The notes: generated by a model from the sequence alone, not told the origin. 64,000 nt of DNA from an uncultured Planctomycetota bacterium (GCA_963818265.1 CAWFRS010000005.1:1628587-1692586); one strand, 5' to 3'. Positions 9,909 to 20,379 are shown, numbered from the stretch's first letter. Program-made: numbers and translations.

Positions 9909-12276
9909 GGGCGCCATCACGGCGCTCGAAGCAGAGCTGGACAAGGTGTTGACGCCCGACTGGGCCGACTCTCCGCCCGACCCGGGCTGGCGGGAGCTTT
10001 CCGCTCAACTCCGGCGTGTTATCGAGGCCGCTGCGGGGATGGTCGAAGAGCGATTCGTTGTTTGCCAGACGCTGCCGTATGCACAGCTCCACGACGTGAT
10101 CGGGCAGCTCCGCAGTTGCGGCTACAGACCGCGTTGTGTCCGGCCGTACCGTGTCGGCGCCTCGTTGCTCGCGGCGGTGGTTTGGGTGCGCGACAACGTG
10201 GCCTGGGAATGGCTGAGCAAGGCCGAAGTCGAACAGCTCCTCGCGCGTGACGCCGACCAGGGAAAGCGAGGCTTTGTGCCGATTGAAGTGTCGGTCGACC
10301 CTGGCCCGGGTGGGCCGCCGCCGCGCTACACGGCCGTCTGGGAGCAGGCGAACGTCGCCGGCCCGGAAGTTCGCGTGATGGCAGGGCCCCTCGGCGAGCC
10401 GGAACAGCAAGCGCTGGCGAGCCTGGTCGAGCAGAAGTTCAACTGCGTGAGCTCTCAGGTCGCTCTCGACGACCAGGGGCGGCCTCACGGCGCGAGTCTC
10501 TGGACGTACCGGAAGGACCAGCAGAGATCCACGACCCGGCACTTTCACGACCTCGCGGAGCATTTTCGCGAAGACGAGTGCCCCGGGTTGCTTTTGACCG
10601 ACGCGCGATTGTTCTGGGGCGAGGTCGAGGTTGACGGCCGGCGTGGTCCCGTCCTGTTGACAACCGCGCTCTGGAACGTCAGCACGCAGTTCGAGTCCAA
10701 AGCACTCCACGGGCTGTCCATCATGGAGCAACGGCTCTTGGGGCTTCAGTTAGCAGCGGAGGGTTTTCGTCCGGCTGCGATCTCGGTGGTGGCGGAACGG
10801 GAGAACGGTCTGCCAATAGCCACCACGGTCTGGCACCGGCCGCTGGTATCTGAAGAGGCCAAGGAACAACTCGCAAAGCGCCAGGCCAACGCTGCCGTAT
10901 CGCTCTTGAAGCTAGAGCGCGAACGCAAGGTCTGGCCGATCCTCCAACACGGTCCCGATCCCAGAGCCCGCAGTTATCTGATTCATCGATTCGGCCCCTT
11001 GGGTGCCGATCCGGGGCACATCCTCACCCAGCTTGACAGGCAGGATGACGTTTCGATACGCCGGGCCTTGATTCTCACACTGGGAGAATTCAGCGACCAG
11101 CGATTCCCGCCGGCCGGACGCGAGGGGGCAATGCCTCGCCTGCTCGATCTCTATGCCAACGATCCGGATTCGGGAATTCATGGAGCCGTCGCCTGGACGC
11201 TCCGGCGATGGGGTCGCCAGGCGGACCTTCAGGTAATCGATCAAGAGTTTGCTACCGGATCTCCCGTAGGCAACCGCCGCTGGTTCGTGAACCGTCAGCG
11301 TCGCACCCTGGTCATTGTCCCGCCGCCGGGAGAATTCCTGATCGGTTCACCGCCCAAAGAAGTCGGGCGAGAGGGCGGTCCCGAAGGGGATCATGAGATG
11401 CAGCGATTTGTCCGCATCGACTATGCCTTCGCGGTCATGAGTCATCAAGTGACGGTGGCCGAGTTTCTCGAGTTTCGTCAAGATTTCTCCTATCGAATTA
11501 CCTTTTCTCCAGAGTCCGGATGTCCGATCAACAACGTCACCTGGTACGACGCCGTCGCATACTGCAACTGGTTGAACGAGAAGGACGGTGTTGCGCGGGA
11601 GCAATGGTGTTACTTGCCCAATAATAAGGGCGAGTACGCCGAAGGCATGTCAATTGTCCCGGACTGTCTTCGTCGATCCGGATATCGGCTGCTGACCGAT
11701 GCAGAATGGGAATTCGTCTGCCGGGCAGGGTCGGTCACCAGTCGCTATTACGGTCAAAGCTGGGACCTGGACAATCACTATGCCTGCAACGTGCGGAACT
11801 CCATGGGACGTTGCACATCGATTGTAGGGTCCTTTAAGCCGAACGACCTGGGCCTGTTCGACATGTTAGGGAACATCACGGATTGGTGTCATACCGCGTA
11901 TTGGGATCATTCCAGTGCACCCGAAACGAAGTTCGGCGGTGAACTCCTTTTGCCAGAGGTCGTTCGTAACAATTCCAGGCGTGTATTAAGGAGTCCAAGC
12001 TTTATCTTAAGTTTGGAACATGCCCGCGCTGCCTATCACCAAGGATTCGTGCCGAACGCACGGGCCTATCTCATGGGTTTTCGTGTTAGCCGGGAATGCG
12101 GAGTCGCGGAACATCTTGACAGGGAAGAGAAGGTGACGAACAGTCAGCCTCGTTTGGTCAGCAGTTCGGCGGGCTTCCAAGGGTCGGGGCAAACCCGATG
12201 CAGTTACCGGTCAAACTATCCACCAAATTTCAGGGCATGGCCGTGGGGCTTTCGAACGGCTCGAACCATAGACTGA
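9850..12276 (+). CDS. HEAT-like repeat / FGE-sulfatase (SUMF1/EgtB-like) domain protein; probably the C-terminal part of the upstream kinase ORF
   Basis: FGE-family motifs: NNVTWYDAVAYCNWLNEKDG, YRLLTDAEWEFVCRAGS, GLFDMLGNITDWCH, GFRVSR. Its frame joins the 6474 ORF as ...DADPRQFAE/LFPVLARHGEGAI if one C at 9879/9880 is removed. Confidence 0.75.
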   Translation: MMLIHDSLPSLFPVLARHGEGAITALEAELDKVLTPDWADSPPDPGWRELSAQLRRVIEAAAGMVEERFVVCQTLPYAQLHDVIGQLRSCGYRPRCVRPYRVGASLLAAVVWVRDNVAWEWLSKAEVEQLLARDADQGKRGFVPIEVSVDPGPGGPPPRYTAVWEQANVAGPEVRVMAGPLGEPEQQALASLVEQKFNCVSSQVALDDQGRPHGASLWTYRKDQQRSTTRHFHDLAEHFREDECPGLLLTDARLFWGEVEVDGRRGPVLLTTALWNVSTQFESKALHGLSIMEQRLLGLQLAAEGFRPAAISVVAERENGLPIATTVWHRPLVSEEAKEQLAKRQANAAVSLLKLERERKVWPILQHGPDPRARSYLIHRFGPLGADPGHILTQLDRQDDVSIRRALILTLGEFSDQRFPPAGREGAMPRLLDLYANDPDSGIHGAVAWTLRRWGRQADLQVIDQEFATGSPVGNRRWFVNRQRRTLVIVPPPGEFLIGSPPKEVGREGGPEGDHEMQRFVRIDYAFAVMSHQVTVAEFLEFRQDFSYRITFSPESGCPINNVTWYDAVAYCNWLNEKDGVAREQWCYLPNNKGEYAEGMSIVPDCLRRSGYRLLTDAEWEFVCRAGSVTSRYYGQSWDLDNHYACNVRNSMGRCTSIVGSFKPNDLGLFDMLGNITDWCHTAYWDHSSAPETKFGGELLLPEVVRNNSRRVLRSPSFILSLEHARAAYHQGFVPNARAYLMGFRVSRECGVAEHLDREEKVTNSQPRLVSSSAGFQGSGQTRCSYRSNYPPNFRAWPWGFRTARTID

Positions 12277-12421
12277 TCGCCGCGAGAGATCGGTCGTTTT
12301 CCGGGAAGTCCAGCGAGAGGAAGTGACCGCCCGTTACATCGCAGAATCCAAGGCTTGATCGGTCGTCGGCTCGGCGCAGGAAATCGGCAGAAGCGTGACC
12401 TCACAGGGGCGCAAGCTGAGG

Positions 12422-13474
12422 TTAGAAGGAGTCGGCAGAAAGTACTTCTCCGCTCTGGATTGTGTTCAGGCCAATCCAGGCGACAGGGTTGATGGTCTCC
12501 TTGATGAAATGCACAGACCCGTCGCCGAAGCCGGCATTTACGCCACCGGGGTGGCGGCTGCGCGACCCGGAGTAGATGTCAAGGAATGGGTACGGCACCG
12601 TCAGGCAGGGCATTCTCCCCACCGGGTCGTTGAGACAGAATCCTTCACCCAGCCGGTCACCGCCACCATTCGGAGGGTCCACGACGCCGTAGAAATCTCG
12701 GAAGCCGTTGGGGGTAAATCGGCTCATGAATACCGCCCCGAGCGTCCACACTGCCCCGCGGACGTCGTTGATCTGGCCCTGGAGCGTCTCGGCGGTGAAG
12801 ACCGTCGAGCTCGTACCGTCGGTGACCGCGGCCAGCCGCGTTGAGGTGTGGCCGAATGCCGAGCGATAATAAGTAACGGGCAGGTTGAGGGTCGCAGTTC
12901 CGCTCACGGAGTTTTGCTGGGCCCACTGAGTGTTCCCCCAGCTCACAACGTAATTCCCGCGCGTGCCTCGGATCGGGAATCCGTTGGTCCAGGTCAAAGT
13001 CAGATCGCGCTCGTTGTCGCTCGGGCACTGAAAGGCGCTCAGCTTTGTGCCGTAAACTGTCGAATTGATCGCGAACCCGACTGGCATGCCATCACCGCCG
13101 TACGGACCCTCGATACCGACGTCGAAGTTGTAGGCGTTATAGAGCGATTGCTGCTCGAACTGCCCGAGCATCTGAGTGAACCACGTCGTGTTCTGGGCAC
13201 CCATGAAAAACGACGGGAAAGGAATGCCCGGCAGAGGCGCCCACACCCGGCCCAGCGGCAGCATGGAGTGAATCGACTCATAGTTATGGATCGCCAGGCC
13301 TAGTTGCTTCACATTGTTGGTGCACTGCGTTCGCCGGGCCGCCTCGCGTGCGGCCTGGACCGCGGGGAGCAAGAGCGCGATCAGCACCGCGATGATCGCG
13401 ATAACAACCAGCAACTCGATCAGCGTAAAGGCATATCGACGAGGCATATTCATCCGAAGTGTCCCCTCCGGCAC
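12422..13474 (-). CDS. DUF1559 family protein with a prepilin-type N-terminal cleavage/methylation segment
   Basis: The N-terminus [54 protein letters not shown] is the typical planctomycete H-X9-DG/DUF1559 signature. Confidence 0.85.
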   Translation of the reverse strand: MPEGTLRMNMPRRYAFTLIELLVVIAIIAVLIALLLPAVQAAREAARRTQCTNNVKQLGLAIHNYESIHSMLPLGRVWAPLPGIPFPSFFMGAQNTTWFTQMLGQFEQQSLYNAYNFDVGIEGPYGGDGMPVGFAINSTVYGTKLSAFQCPSDNERDLTLTWTNGFPIRGTRGNYVVSWGNTQWAQQNSVSGTATLNLPVTYYRSAFGHTSTRLAAVTDGTSSTVFTAETLQGQINDVRGAVWTLGAVFMSRFTPNGFRDFYGVVDPPNGGGDRLGEGFCLNDPVGRMPCLTVPYPFLDIYSGSRSRHPGGVNAGFGDGSVHFIKETINPVAWIGLNTIQSGEVLSADSF

Positions 13475-13618
13475 CTGAATGGGCGTTGAATCTGGCGGCT
13501 CAGCGCATCGGCCAGATGACCGACAGTCTGGCCACAGCCGACGTGGCCCTGTTAATCAATGCGAAAAAAAATCGGGCGCGGCTCACGACGCGACGACTAT
13601 TCTCGAATAATCCTGCGG

Positions 13619-14184
13619 TCAATCCGTCCCGTGCAGCGCGCAATACAGCCAGACCTTGGCGAAATGCCAGTGGCGATTGGCCGTTGCGCGGGAGATGCCA
13701 AGCGCGCTGGCGGCGTCTTCCACGGATAGGCCGGCGAAGTAACGCAAGTTGACGAGCTGGGCCTTGATCGGGTCTTCGTCCGCCAGTTTCGTGAGTGCCA
13801 CATCGAGGGACAGGAGGTCTTCGGGGGACGTCTCGGTCGTGATGTCGAGCTCATCGAGCGACCGGCGAGAATTGCTGCCGCCGTGTTTCACTGCCTGCTT
13901 ACGTCGAGCGTTCTCAATCAAGATCCGGCGCATCGCCTCGGCAGCTGCCGCAAAGAAGTGGCCACGGCTGTTCCAGCTCTGAATCCGTTCGGTGTCGACC
14001 AGTCTCAGGTAGGCCTCGTGAACAAGGGCCGTCGCCTGGAGGGTCTGCCCGGGTGCCTCGCGCCGAGTTTCTGCGCGGCCAGCTTCCTCAGCTCGTCGTA
14101 GACCAGCGGCAGGAGCTGATCGGGAGTATGCGGATCACCCTGCTTGATCGCCGAAAGAATCCGGGTAACGTCGTTCATCGCCAT
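13619..14184 (-). CDS. ECF-type sigma factor, frame broken by a 1-nt indel near 14060
   Basis: ATG at 14184 gives MAMNDVTRILSAIKQGDPHTPDQLLPLVYDELRKLAAQKLG. The protein continues in another frame as REAPGQTLQATALVHEAYLRLVDTERIQSWNSRGHFFAAAAEAMRRILIENARRK...ISRATANRHWHFAKVWLYCALHGTD. It has the same architecture as the sigma at 25793. Confidence 0.7.
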
Positions 14185-14865
14185 AAGCGGTCTTCAGGTT
14201 TCGGAGGCGACGGGGCAGAATCCAAACCAAGCTCCGAGCTCGAGATGCTTGTTAGTGGAGACGCGTGCGCAACCGACGGGCATGCGACCTTCCCCCCAGC
14301 AACTTTGTTCGAAACCCATGATATTCGTAAACTTGCGAGAAGGCGAGTCCGAGAGTGCTTTCCTAGAAGCGGAATGTCGTGGCTAACGCACTTATGTTGG
14401 GGAGAGTTGGTTTGAGACGCCTGTGGCGTCCATTGGACCGAGCACCGCGCCAGTCACGTCTCCTGCATGCCGGTCAGTGCGTCCTCCAGCATCTACGCCC
14501 CGATCTGCATCGGGCTGACCATCCGTCGCCCAGCGCTGGCCCGCTCCGCAAGCAGGTTGAGCCGCCGATAGGTGGTATCGCTTATCGGCAACTAAGGACG
14601 ACTCACACAGCTCGAATCGCTCGGCCGGCCAGCCAGTCAGCTTCCTCCAGCTCGGTACCAGGCGGGCCTGCACGCTAGCGACGTTGTCCTCCCGCTGTTG
14701 CTGGGCTTGCCGGGGTCACTATTCCATGATTTCCACCTTTCCCACTCCGTCACCAACTTGTCACCAAATCGATCACCAACCTTGTAAAACGTCATCAATC
14801 CTGGCAACCATGCGATGGGATAACCGCTGGGATTCGTTGGAAATTAACGACTTGCGGTGATTTTT

Positions 14866-14904
<39 letters not shown>

Positions 14905-14905
14905 A

Positions 14906-14953
14906 GGGCGTCAGCCCCCTGTCTTCTCGGCTCCGGACAGGGGGCTGACGCCC
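14906..14953. repeat. Perfect 17-18 bp inverted repeat (strong hairpin) next to the tRNA fragment
   Basis: GGCGTCAGCCCCCTGTC at 14907-14923 pairs with GACAGGGGGCTGACGCC at 14936-14952 around a 12-nt loop. Confidence 0.8.
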
Positions 14954-14980
14954 CCCGCTCGCCTTTCGGAACAGACTCTC

Positions 14981-16436
14981 AGCTCGACTTGTGCACTTTT
15001 CCAGCTCTACGCTGCTGGGGCGAGGGCCGAGTATAAGACCTCACGCAAAGCGTCGAGAAGTTTCTCGATAGCTGACCCTCCCTGGACCTGTGTGAAAACT
15101 CCTTCGGCCCACATCCACCGCCGTACGGACGTCAGCGCGACGGCGAAGGTGAATCCGACTTTACCGGGCCACTCAATCGCCCGAACTCGGCGAGTGGCCG
15201 GCAGTTCGTTGAAGAGCAACGCGACAACGGAATACAGCCCGAACAAGCACGGGGTCACCCGGCGGATCGTTTGCTCGCACCAGCCGCACGTTGTCTCGAG
15301 GTGCAAGCACGAGCGGGTTTCCTCGAATGTGGTTTCGATGTTCCAACGCCCCGTGTAATATCCAATGATCTGTTCGACGCTCAGCTCGATGTTGGTCGTA
15401 TAGAAATACTCATCGCGGTGGGTCCCCTCCTGATCACGGACAAATACCCAACGGATCGAAACGAGGCCTTTTCCAGATTTGAACCAGTGGCCTTTCCCGG
15501 TCCGAGCCTTAACCCGTCGCGTGCCGCCACCGTACCAACCGACGGTATGCCCTTGAAGTCGTCTGGCAGTGGAGACCGCCTCGCTTGGCTTGGGAAGGCG
15601 CTTGCCCTTAACGGCGGGACGCCCCTTGCCCCTGTAAGGCGGAGGTGGCGTGAAGAGATTCGCCTCCGGGTGCAACTTGCTGATCAGACAAAGCCGTTTG
15701 CGGTGTCGATCGACGAACCTTGCCACCTCGTGGGTTCCGTAGGCCGAATCGCCCACGAAAATCAACTGACGGTCAGGGAACCAATGAAGCATGATCGTCA
15801 AGAGCCGGATCATGTGCTGGGCCGGGGTCCGGTGGCGGTGTCCCTGGCTACGGTCGTTTTCTTCGGACTGGTAGAGGGCAACGAGAACGGGCGGTGCCCA
15901 CGGGCGGGTAGCGAACGGAAAGCGGATGAGCACGGCGAGTACGACCCATTTATGACCATACCGCCACGCGGTGTAAGAATGAGACGACCGAACGGGATCG
16001 CGGTGTCTTGCCTTGCCAAAGACATGGGGTCCAGGATGAGCAATAACCGTATCGTCGCCAGCCAAGAGAATGGGAGCATCCTCGGGGAGCAGAGCGACAA
16101 CAAGACGGGCCAAGGCACAGGCCAACTGAAGCGTCGACCACCGAGCCTCGGAAAAAACACGACGGTAACTGGACGTATGACCCGGAGCGAGGGAGCCTGC
16201 GGTCCGAAGTAGGTTGGCGATGATGCGTCGGCCGGTTGTCAGAATGGCCGCGCCCATGAGGACAACGAAACGCTGATAGGTGGGCTCTGTAAAAACCGGT
16301 GCGAACGAGTCCAGCAAAGCCAGGGATTGATCGGGTAGGATAGCCATGGGTCCGTCCTCGATAGGTAATCCTGAGAAGTCTGTTCAACTCCTCATTTTAC
16401 CGTCGAGGCGGCCCCAAAAAGTGCACAAGTCGAGCT
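14981..16436 (-). mobile_element. IS701/IS4-like insertion sequence (~1456 bp)
   Basis: 20-bp perfect terminal inverted repeats: AGCTCGACTTGTGCACTTTT at 14981-15000 and AAAAGTGCACAAGTCGAGCT at 16417-16436. They enclose a single transposase ORF. I could not see a clear target duplication. Confidence 0.75.
15007..16347 (-). CDS. DDE transposase, IS701/IS4-like (446 aa)
   Basis: It is the full-length ORF between the IRs. The motifs ...LAGDDTV..., ...FVGDSAYG... and ...YTGRWNIETTFEETRSCLHLE... are typical of IS4/IS701-type DDE enzymes. Confidence 0.75.
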   Translation of the reverse strand: MAILPDQSLALLDSFAPVFTEPTYQRFVVLMGAAILTTGRRIIANLLRTAGSLAPGHTSSYRRVFSEARWSTLQLACALARLVVALLPEDAPILLAGDDTVIAHPGPHVFGKARHRDPVRSSHSYTAWRYGHKWVVLAVLIRFPFATRPWAPPVLVALYQSEENDRSQGHRHRTPAQHMIRLLTIMLHWFPDRQLIFVGDSAYGTHEVARFVDRHRKRLCLISKLHPEANLFTPPPPYRGKGRPAVKGKRLPKPSEAVSTARRLQGHTVGWYGGGTRRVKARTGKGHWFKSGKGLVSIRWVFVRDQEGTHRDEYFYTTNIELSVEQIIGYYTGRWNIETTFEETRSCLHLETTCGWCEQTIRRVTPCLFGLYSVVALLFNELPATRRVRAIEWPGKVGFTFAVALTSVRRWMWAEGVFTQVQGGSAIEKLLDALREVLYSALAPAA

Positions 16437-17591
16437 TAGCCGTCGAAACCGAGCCTCCTCAAGCGTTTGCGCCTTGAGAAGATCAATCTGAAGCTGAGCC
16501 AACACTTCACCGGCCATCGCCTCGACCTGCTGCTTGACCTCCAGCGACAACGGACCGAACTTCGCTTCCAATTGCCGCAACGCTGACCGCCGCTCACCCT
16601 GTGCGATGCCGCGTTCCAGGCCGCGTTCATAAGTCGTCTTCATGAGGGGTGCAACCTCTTGATAAGTCTCGGTCTGCAACAAGACTTGCAGCCGTTCCTT
16701 CTGCGCCTCGTCCAGGTCGGCATACGCCTCCAGGCATTCCACCAGCAGGAACCGTCGAAAGTCACTCGTCAGCCGTCCAGGCCAAGTTCCTTGAGAGTTT
16801 GCGCCTTGAGAAGATCAATCTGAAGCTGAGCCAACGCTTCGCCGGCCATCGCCTCGACCTGTTGCTTGACTTCCAGCGACAATGGCCCGAACTTCGCTTC
16901 GATTAGCCGCAAAGTTAACCGTCGCTCACCCTGTGCGATACCGCGTTCCATACCGCGCTCCAGCCCGCGTTCCAGACCGCGTTCCATACCCTGTTCCACG
17001 CCCCGTTCGTAGGTCGTCTTCATGAGAGGTGCAACCTTTTGATAAGTCTCGGTCTGCAACAAGACTTGCAGCCGTGCCTTCTACGCCTCGTCCAGGTCGG
17101 CATACGCCTCCAGGCATTCCACCAGCAGGAACCGCCGAAAGTCATTCTCCCCCGAACTCGCAATCCGTTTCAATCCCTCCGCATACAACTCGGCCCGCCG
17201 CTCCGCCGGCAACCGCATCATCGCGCTGAGCGCCACTCCCAGCAAATTCTCACCCGTCGCATACGCCTCACCATCCAGCCCCGGCAGTCCCACGTAGGCA
17301 TACTCAAAGCGGATGATCCGTTGGTCCCAGAAATGCTCCTCATATGCGTCCCAGCCAATCCCATCCAGTCCCAGACGCAGAAACAGCGCCACCGGCAGCA
17401 CTGGCAGACCACTGTCTCGCCGCAGTTGAATGTAATAGTCGAACATCCGCGGCCGGAACGCCACCGTGCTGGCTCGTGACTCCACCTCGACGTGGACCAA
17501 CGCCACCAGATCGCTCACATCCTCACGCGGTGGTGGCACACCTGGCCGCAACTTCAGCCGCGCCACCAGGTCTAGCTGCCGCTTCTCTCCC
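16437..17591 (-). pseudogene. Rpn-family (PD-(D/E)XK recombination-promoting nuclease/putative transposase) gene: middle and 3' parts, with a nonsense codon and a tandem partial duplication
   Basis: ...EKRQLDLVARLKLRPGV...DLVALVHVEVES...FLLVECLEAYADLDEA then TAG at 17081; the downstream copy has CAG at the same place. The C-terminal module (LQVLLQTETYQ.VAPLMKTTYERG...KFGPLSLEVKQQVEAMAGE.LAQLQIDLLKAQTL) is present twice, at 16769-17062 and 16437-16742. Confidence 0.6.
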
Positions 17592-17658
17592 TGTCAGGCG
17601 ACACTAATTTTGACCCCCTCGAACCTGTACTGAACCCCACTGCCAGCATGCCTGGATG

Positions 17659-18525
17659 TTATCGGTTCTTGTCGCCTTTTGCGGTCGGTTTTTCTGTCCG
17701 TACCTCCGGCTCGCGTTGGGTCGGATCGGGATCGGCAGTCGCCAACCTCGATCGGATCAAGCCACTCTTGCGCTTTTCTCTTAATCGATAACTTTCTCCT
17801 GTGATCATCAGTGTGTGGCTATGATGAAGCAGTCTGTCCAAGATCGCTGTCGCCAGGACTTCATCTCCGAAGACGATTCCCCATTCCGAAACCCGCTGGT
17901 TCGTCGTCACCAGCAGGCTCCCCTTCTCGTATCGGCGGTTCACCAACTGGAAAAACAGGTGTGCCGCCCGCCGCTCGAACGGTAAATAGCCGAGCTCGTC
18001 GATGATCAACAAGCGGGGCTTGGAATACTCGGTCAGCTTCTCATTGAGGCTCCCTTCTGTTTCGGCTTTCCCCAGGTTCGCCAATAGCGCCGTGGCTGTG
18101 GTGAATCGGACCGTGTGGCCCTGCTCGACGACCTTGCGGCCCAAGCCAATGGCCAGATGCGACTTCCCTACACCAGGAGGTCCAAACATCAGCACGTTTT
18201 CACCATGAGCAATGAAGTTTCCCGTGCACAACTCTCGGATCAACCGCTCGTCCGCCGATGGCTGAAACGAGAAATCAAAACCCTCGATGGTCCGCACGCA
18301 TGGGAAGTGCGGAATCTGTAAACCCATGCGGATCCGCTTCCCCTGCTTGGCGTCCACCTCACGCCCCAGGATCTGTTCGAGGAACTCCAAATAGGTCCAC
18401 TCTTGCTTGGCTGCCTGCGACAATACCGACGCCAGCGTTTCACGCAGGTGAGTCAACTGAAGCCGCTTCATTGCCGCGAAAACCCGCTCCTCTCGTGGGT
18501 CGTCGGCCTCGCTCAGCGTGCTCAT
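17659..18525 (-). CDS. istB: IS21 helper ATPase IstB (288 aa)
   Basis: Walker A is MFGPPGVGKSHLA and Walker B is LLIIDELGY. The ATG overlaps the istA stop (ATGA). The longer 348-aa ORF in the track is an upstream extension. Confidence 0.9.
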   Translation of the reverse strand: MSTLSEADDPREERVFAAMKRLQLTHLRETLASVLSQAAKQEWTYLEFLEQILGREVDAKQGKRIRMGLQIPHFPCVRTIEGFDFSFQPSADERLIRELCTGNFIAHGENVLMFGPPGVGKSHLAIGLGRKVVEQGHTVRFTTATALLANLGKAETEGSLNEKLTEYSKPRLLIIDELGYLPFERRAAHLFFQLVNRRYEKGSLLVTTNQRVSEWGIVFGDEVLATAILDRLLHHSHTLMITGESYRLREKRKSGLIRSRLATADPDPTQREPEVRTEKPTAKGDKNR

Positions 18526-19760
18526 GGGCAGCCTCCTTCCACCACCTCGGAATAGATCGACAACGGCCGCGATACGGGATGAGAAATGAACTCGGAATGA
18601 GTCGGGGTCTGACTCTCCGCCTCCCGCCGGAACAGCCCCTCGAAGTGACTGGAATTGCGAACCCACGCGTGGGGCTCGAAGCTTCTCACGTGCTGCGCGA
18701 TGCAATTCCCGCGAAGCCAGATCTCGACCTTCGCCTGCTCAATCACGACTTCCACGGTCTCGCGAACATGCTGATAGGGCACGCTATATCGAATTGTATC
18801 GATATCAACAAAGCAGTCTGTGCTGACGCGACGTTTCAAGCGGCGGGTGCGAACGGCCAGGGGGCGTACCGGCAGAGGGCGCAAGGCGTGTTGCTCGTCT
18901 CGCTCGAAGCGAACGGCGGGCCGTTCCTTGGTGGTGCCGTGAATCCGACGATCGGCGACCTCGACCATCCAAGTCGCCAGGTGACGCTCCAACCCCTCGA
19001 ACGAGTTGAACGATCGCCCAGCCAAGGCGTTGTGCTTGACATAGCCAACACCGCGTTCGATCTTCCCCTTGGTGCGGGCACGACGAGGGCGACAGGCCTT
19101 GGGCGTCAATCCACGATCGCGGCAGAATATCTCGAATCCTGGATTCCAGACCACATGGCCGGACTCACGATCGTGGGACGTGACCAGAGGCGAAGCGTTG
19201 TCGCAGAGCACTTGCTCGGTGAGGCCACCGAAGTGCCGGAAGGCCCCATCGAGCCCCTCGAGCCAGTCGTCCTGCCGCTGCGCCAGAAACGCCCGGCAGT
19301 AGAGCCGCCGCGAGTATCCCAGGACCGCGGTCATCAGGTAAACCTTGACCGGTTGCCCGTTGATCCGCACGACCTTCTCGCCGAAATCGATCTGGATCTG
19401 TTGGCCCGGCGGGGTCTCGAACCGAACCGTGGCCAGAGCCTCAGCCCGTTGCGCCTGGCGAAGCGGGCCGACAGCGCGTTGCAATGTTCGTAGCTCGACG
19501 TGCAACCCTTGGCGGGCCAATTCCTGTTGAACGACGACCGTGTTTCCCTCGGCGACCGTGCCGAAAAGGTCCTGGACTTCACGAAGCGCGACGGCGTCGA
19601 GCCGACGAGCGGCAGGGCGTTCTTGAAAACCGACCGTGGCTCCAGCGAGATAGCGGCGGACGGAGTTGCGGGAGATCCCCAACTGTCGAGCGATCCGTTT
19701 GCTTCCGAGCCCTTGGCCGGAGAGCTCGCGGATTCGATCCACGATTTCCGGTTTGACCAT
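18522..19760 (-). CDS. istA: IS21 transposase IstA
   Basis: N-terminal HTH: MVKPEIVDRIRELSGQGLGSKRIARQLGISRNSVRRYL. The DDE integrase-like core includes ...IQIDFGE..., ...LCDNASP... and ...KGKIERGVGYVKHN.... An alternative upstream start at 19862 is possible. Confidence 0.85.
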   Translation of the reverse strand: MVKPEIVDRIRELSGQGLGSKRIARQLGISRNSVRRYLAGATVGFQERPAARRLDAVALREVQDLFGTVAEGNTVVVQQELARQGLHVELRTLQRAVGPLRQAQRAEALATVRFETPPGQQIQIDFGEKVVRINGQPVKVYLMTAVLGYSRRLYCRAFLAQRQDDWLEGLDGAFRHFGGLTEQVLCDNASPLVTSHDRESGHVVWNPGFEIFCRDRGLTPKACRPRRARTKGKIERGVGYVKHNALAGRSFNSFEGLERHLATWMVEVADRRIHGTTKERPAVRFERDEQHALRPLPVRPLAVRTRRLKRRVSTDCFVDIDTIRYSVPYQHVRETVEVVIEQAKVEIWLRGNCIAQHVRSFEPHAWVRNSSHFEGLFRREAESQTPTHSEFISHPVSRPLSIYSEVVEGGCP

Positions 19761-19940
19761 CTTGGTGTCCTCCTGCGTAGGCCGCAGGTGAACACGCGTT
19801 ACGTCCGGCTGGTCCGCCTGCGAGTCATGCAGGTTGACCAAATTCGAGTCGACCTTGTCCATAGACCCTCCCTAGTCAAGCGTATAGGCGGGGGTCAGTT
19901 TTAGTGTCGCCAGGGGGGTCAGTTTTAGTGTCGCCTGACA

Positions 19941-20106
19941 CTCCCTGCGGCGGTGCCAGGAATAACTCCTTGTCCAGCCAGTCGATCTCGAGAAACTCAA
20001 ACCTCTGTGCCCACTCAGGAAAAAAGCAAACAAAGAAACCCTCGAAAAACTCCTTCAAGAGTACCTTGAGACGCTGGTCGTGATCACCACCACCAGGCTC
20101 TGTCAT
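19941..20106 (-). pseudogene. Rpn-family gene, 5' fragment upstream of the IS21 insertion
   Basis: MTEPGGGDHDQRLKVLLKEFFEGFFVCFFPEWAQRFEFLEIDWLDKELFLAPPQG, which joins ...EKRQLDLVARL at 17591 once the IS and one CTCCC copy are removed. Confidence 0.65.
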
Positions 20107-20379
20107 CGTCGACTCCACCTGGAACAAACCAACAAGCCCAACACCGTCAATCAATCCAAGAATCGCTCGGGAGCCAGATCAAATGCCACGCGACCAAGAC
20201 GATCGGTCTCTGAAGGCTTGTTTTCGCACTGCGATCTGCTCAACCAGGCCGACGTTCTCGAACTCGAAGTCGACAGACACTCTCGCGGCCACCGCACCCG
20301 TTCGGTGGCTCGGTATGGTTCACGCCCCGGGGTGTGCGTCGGTTTCGCCGCGGCGTATCCCGTCGTCTCATATTTTCTA

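Larger units (their letters stand above)
17592..19940 (-). mobile_element. IS21-family insertion sequence, copy 1 (2349 bp, istA-istB)
   Basis: The ends are TGTCAGGCGACACTAATTTTGACCCC (17592-) and ...GGGGTCAGTTTTAGTGTCGCCTGACA (-19940). The right end carries two direct copies of GGGGTCAGTTTTAGTGTCGCC, at 19891-19911 and 19915-19935. A 5-bp duplication CTCCC lies at 17587-17591 and 19941-19945. Excision restores the Rpn-family ORF in frame. Confidence 0.9.

Noticed and set aside
12277-12421. A second 'GFRTAR' ending after the FGE domain (…WPWGFRTARTID*), suggesting another frame problem or a duplicated FGE C-terminus
   Set aside because: The match is too short to distinguish from chance. It does not change the call for the gene.
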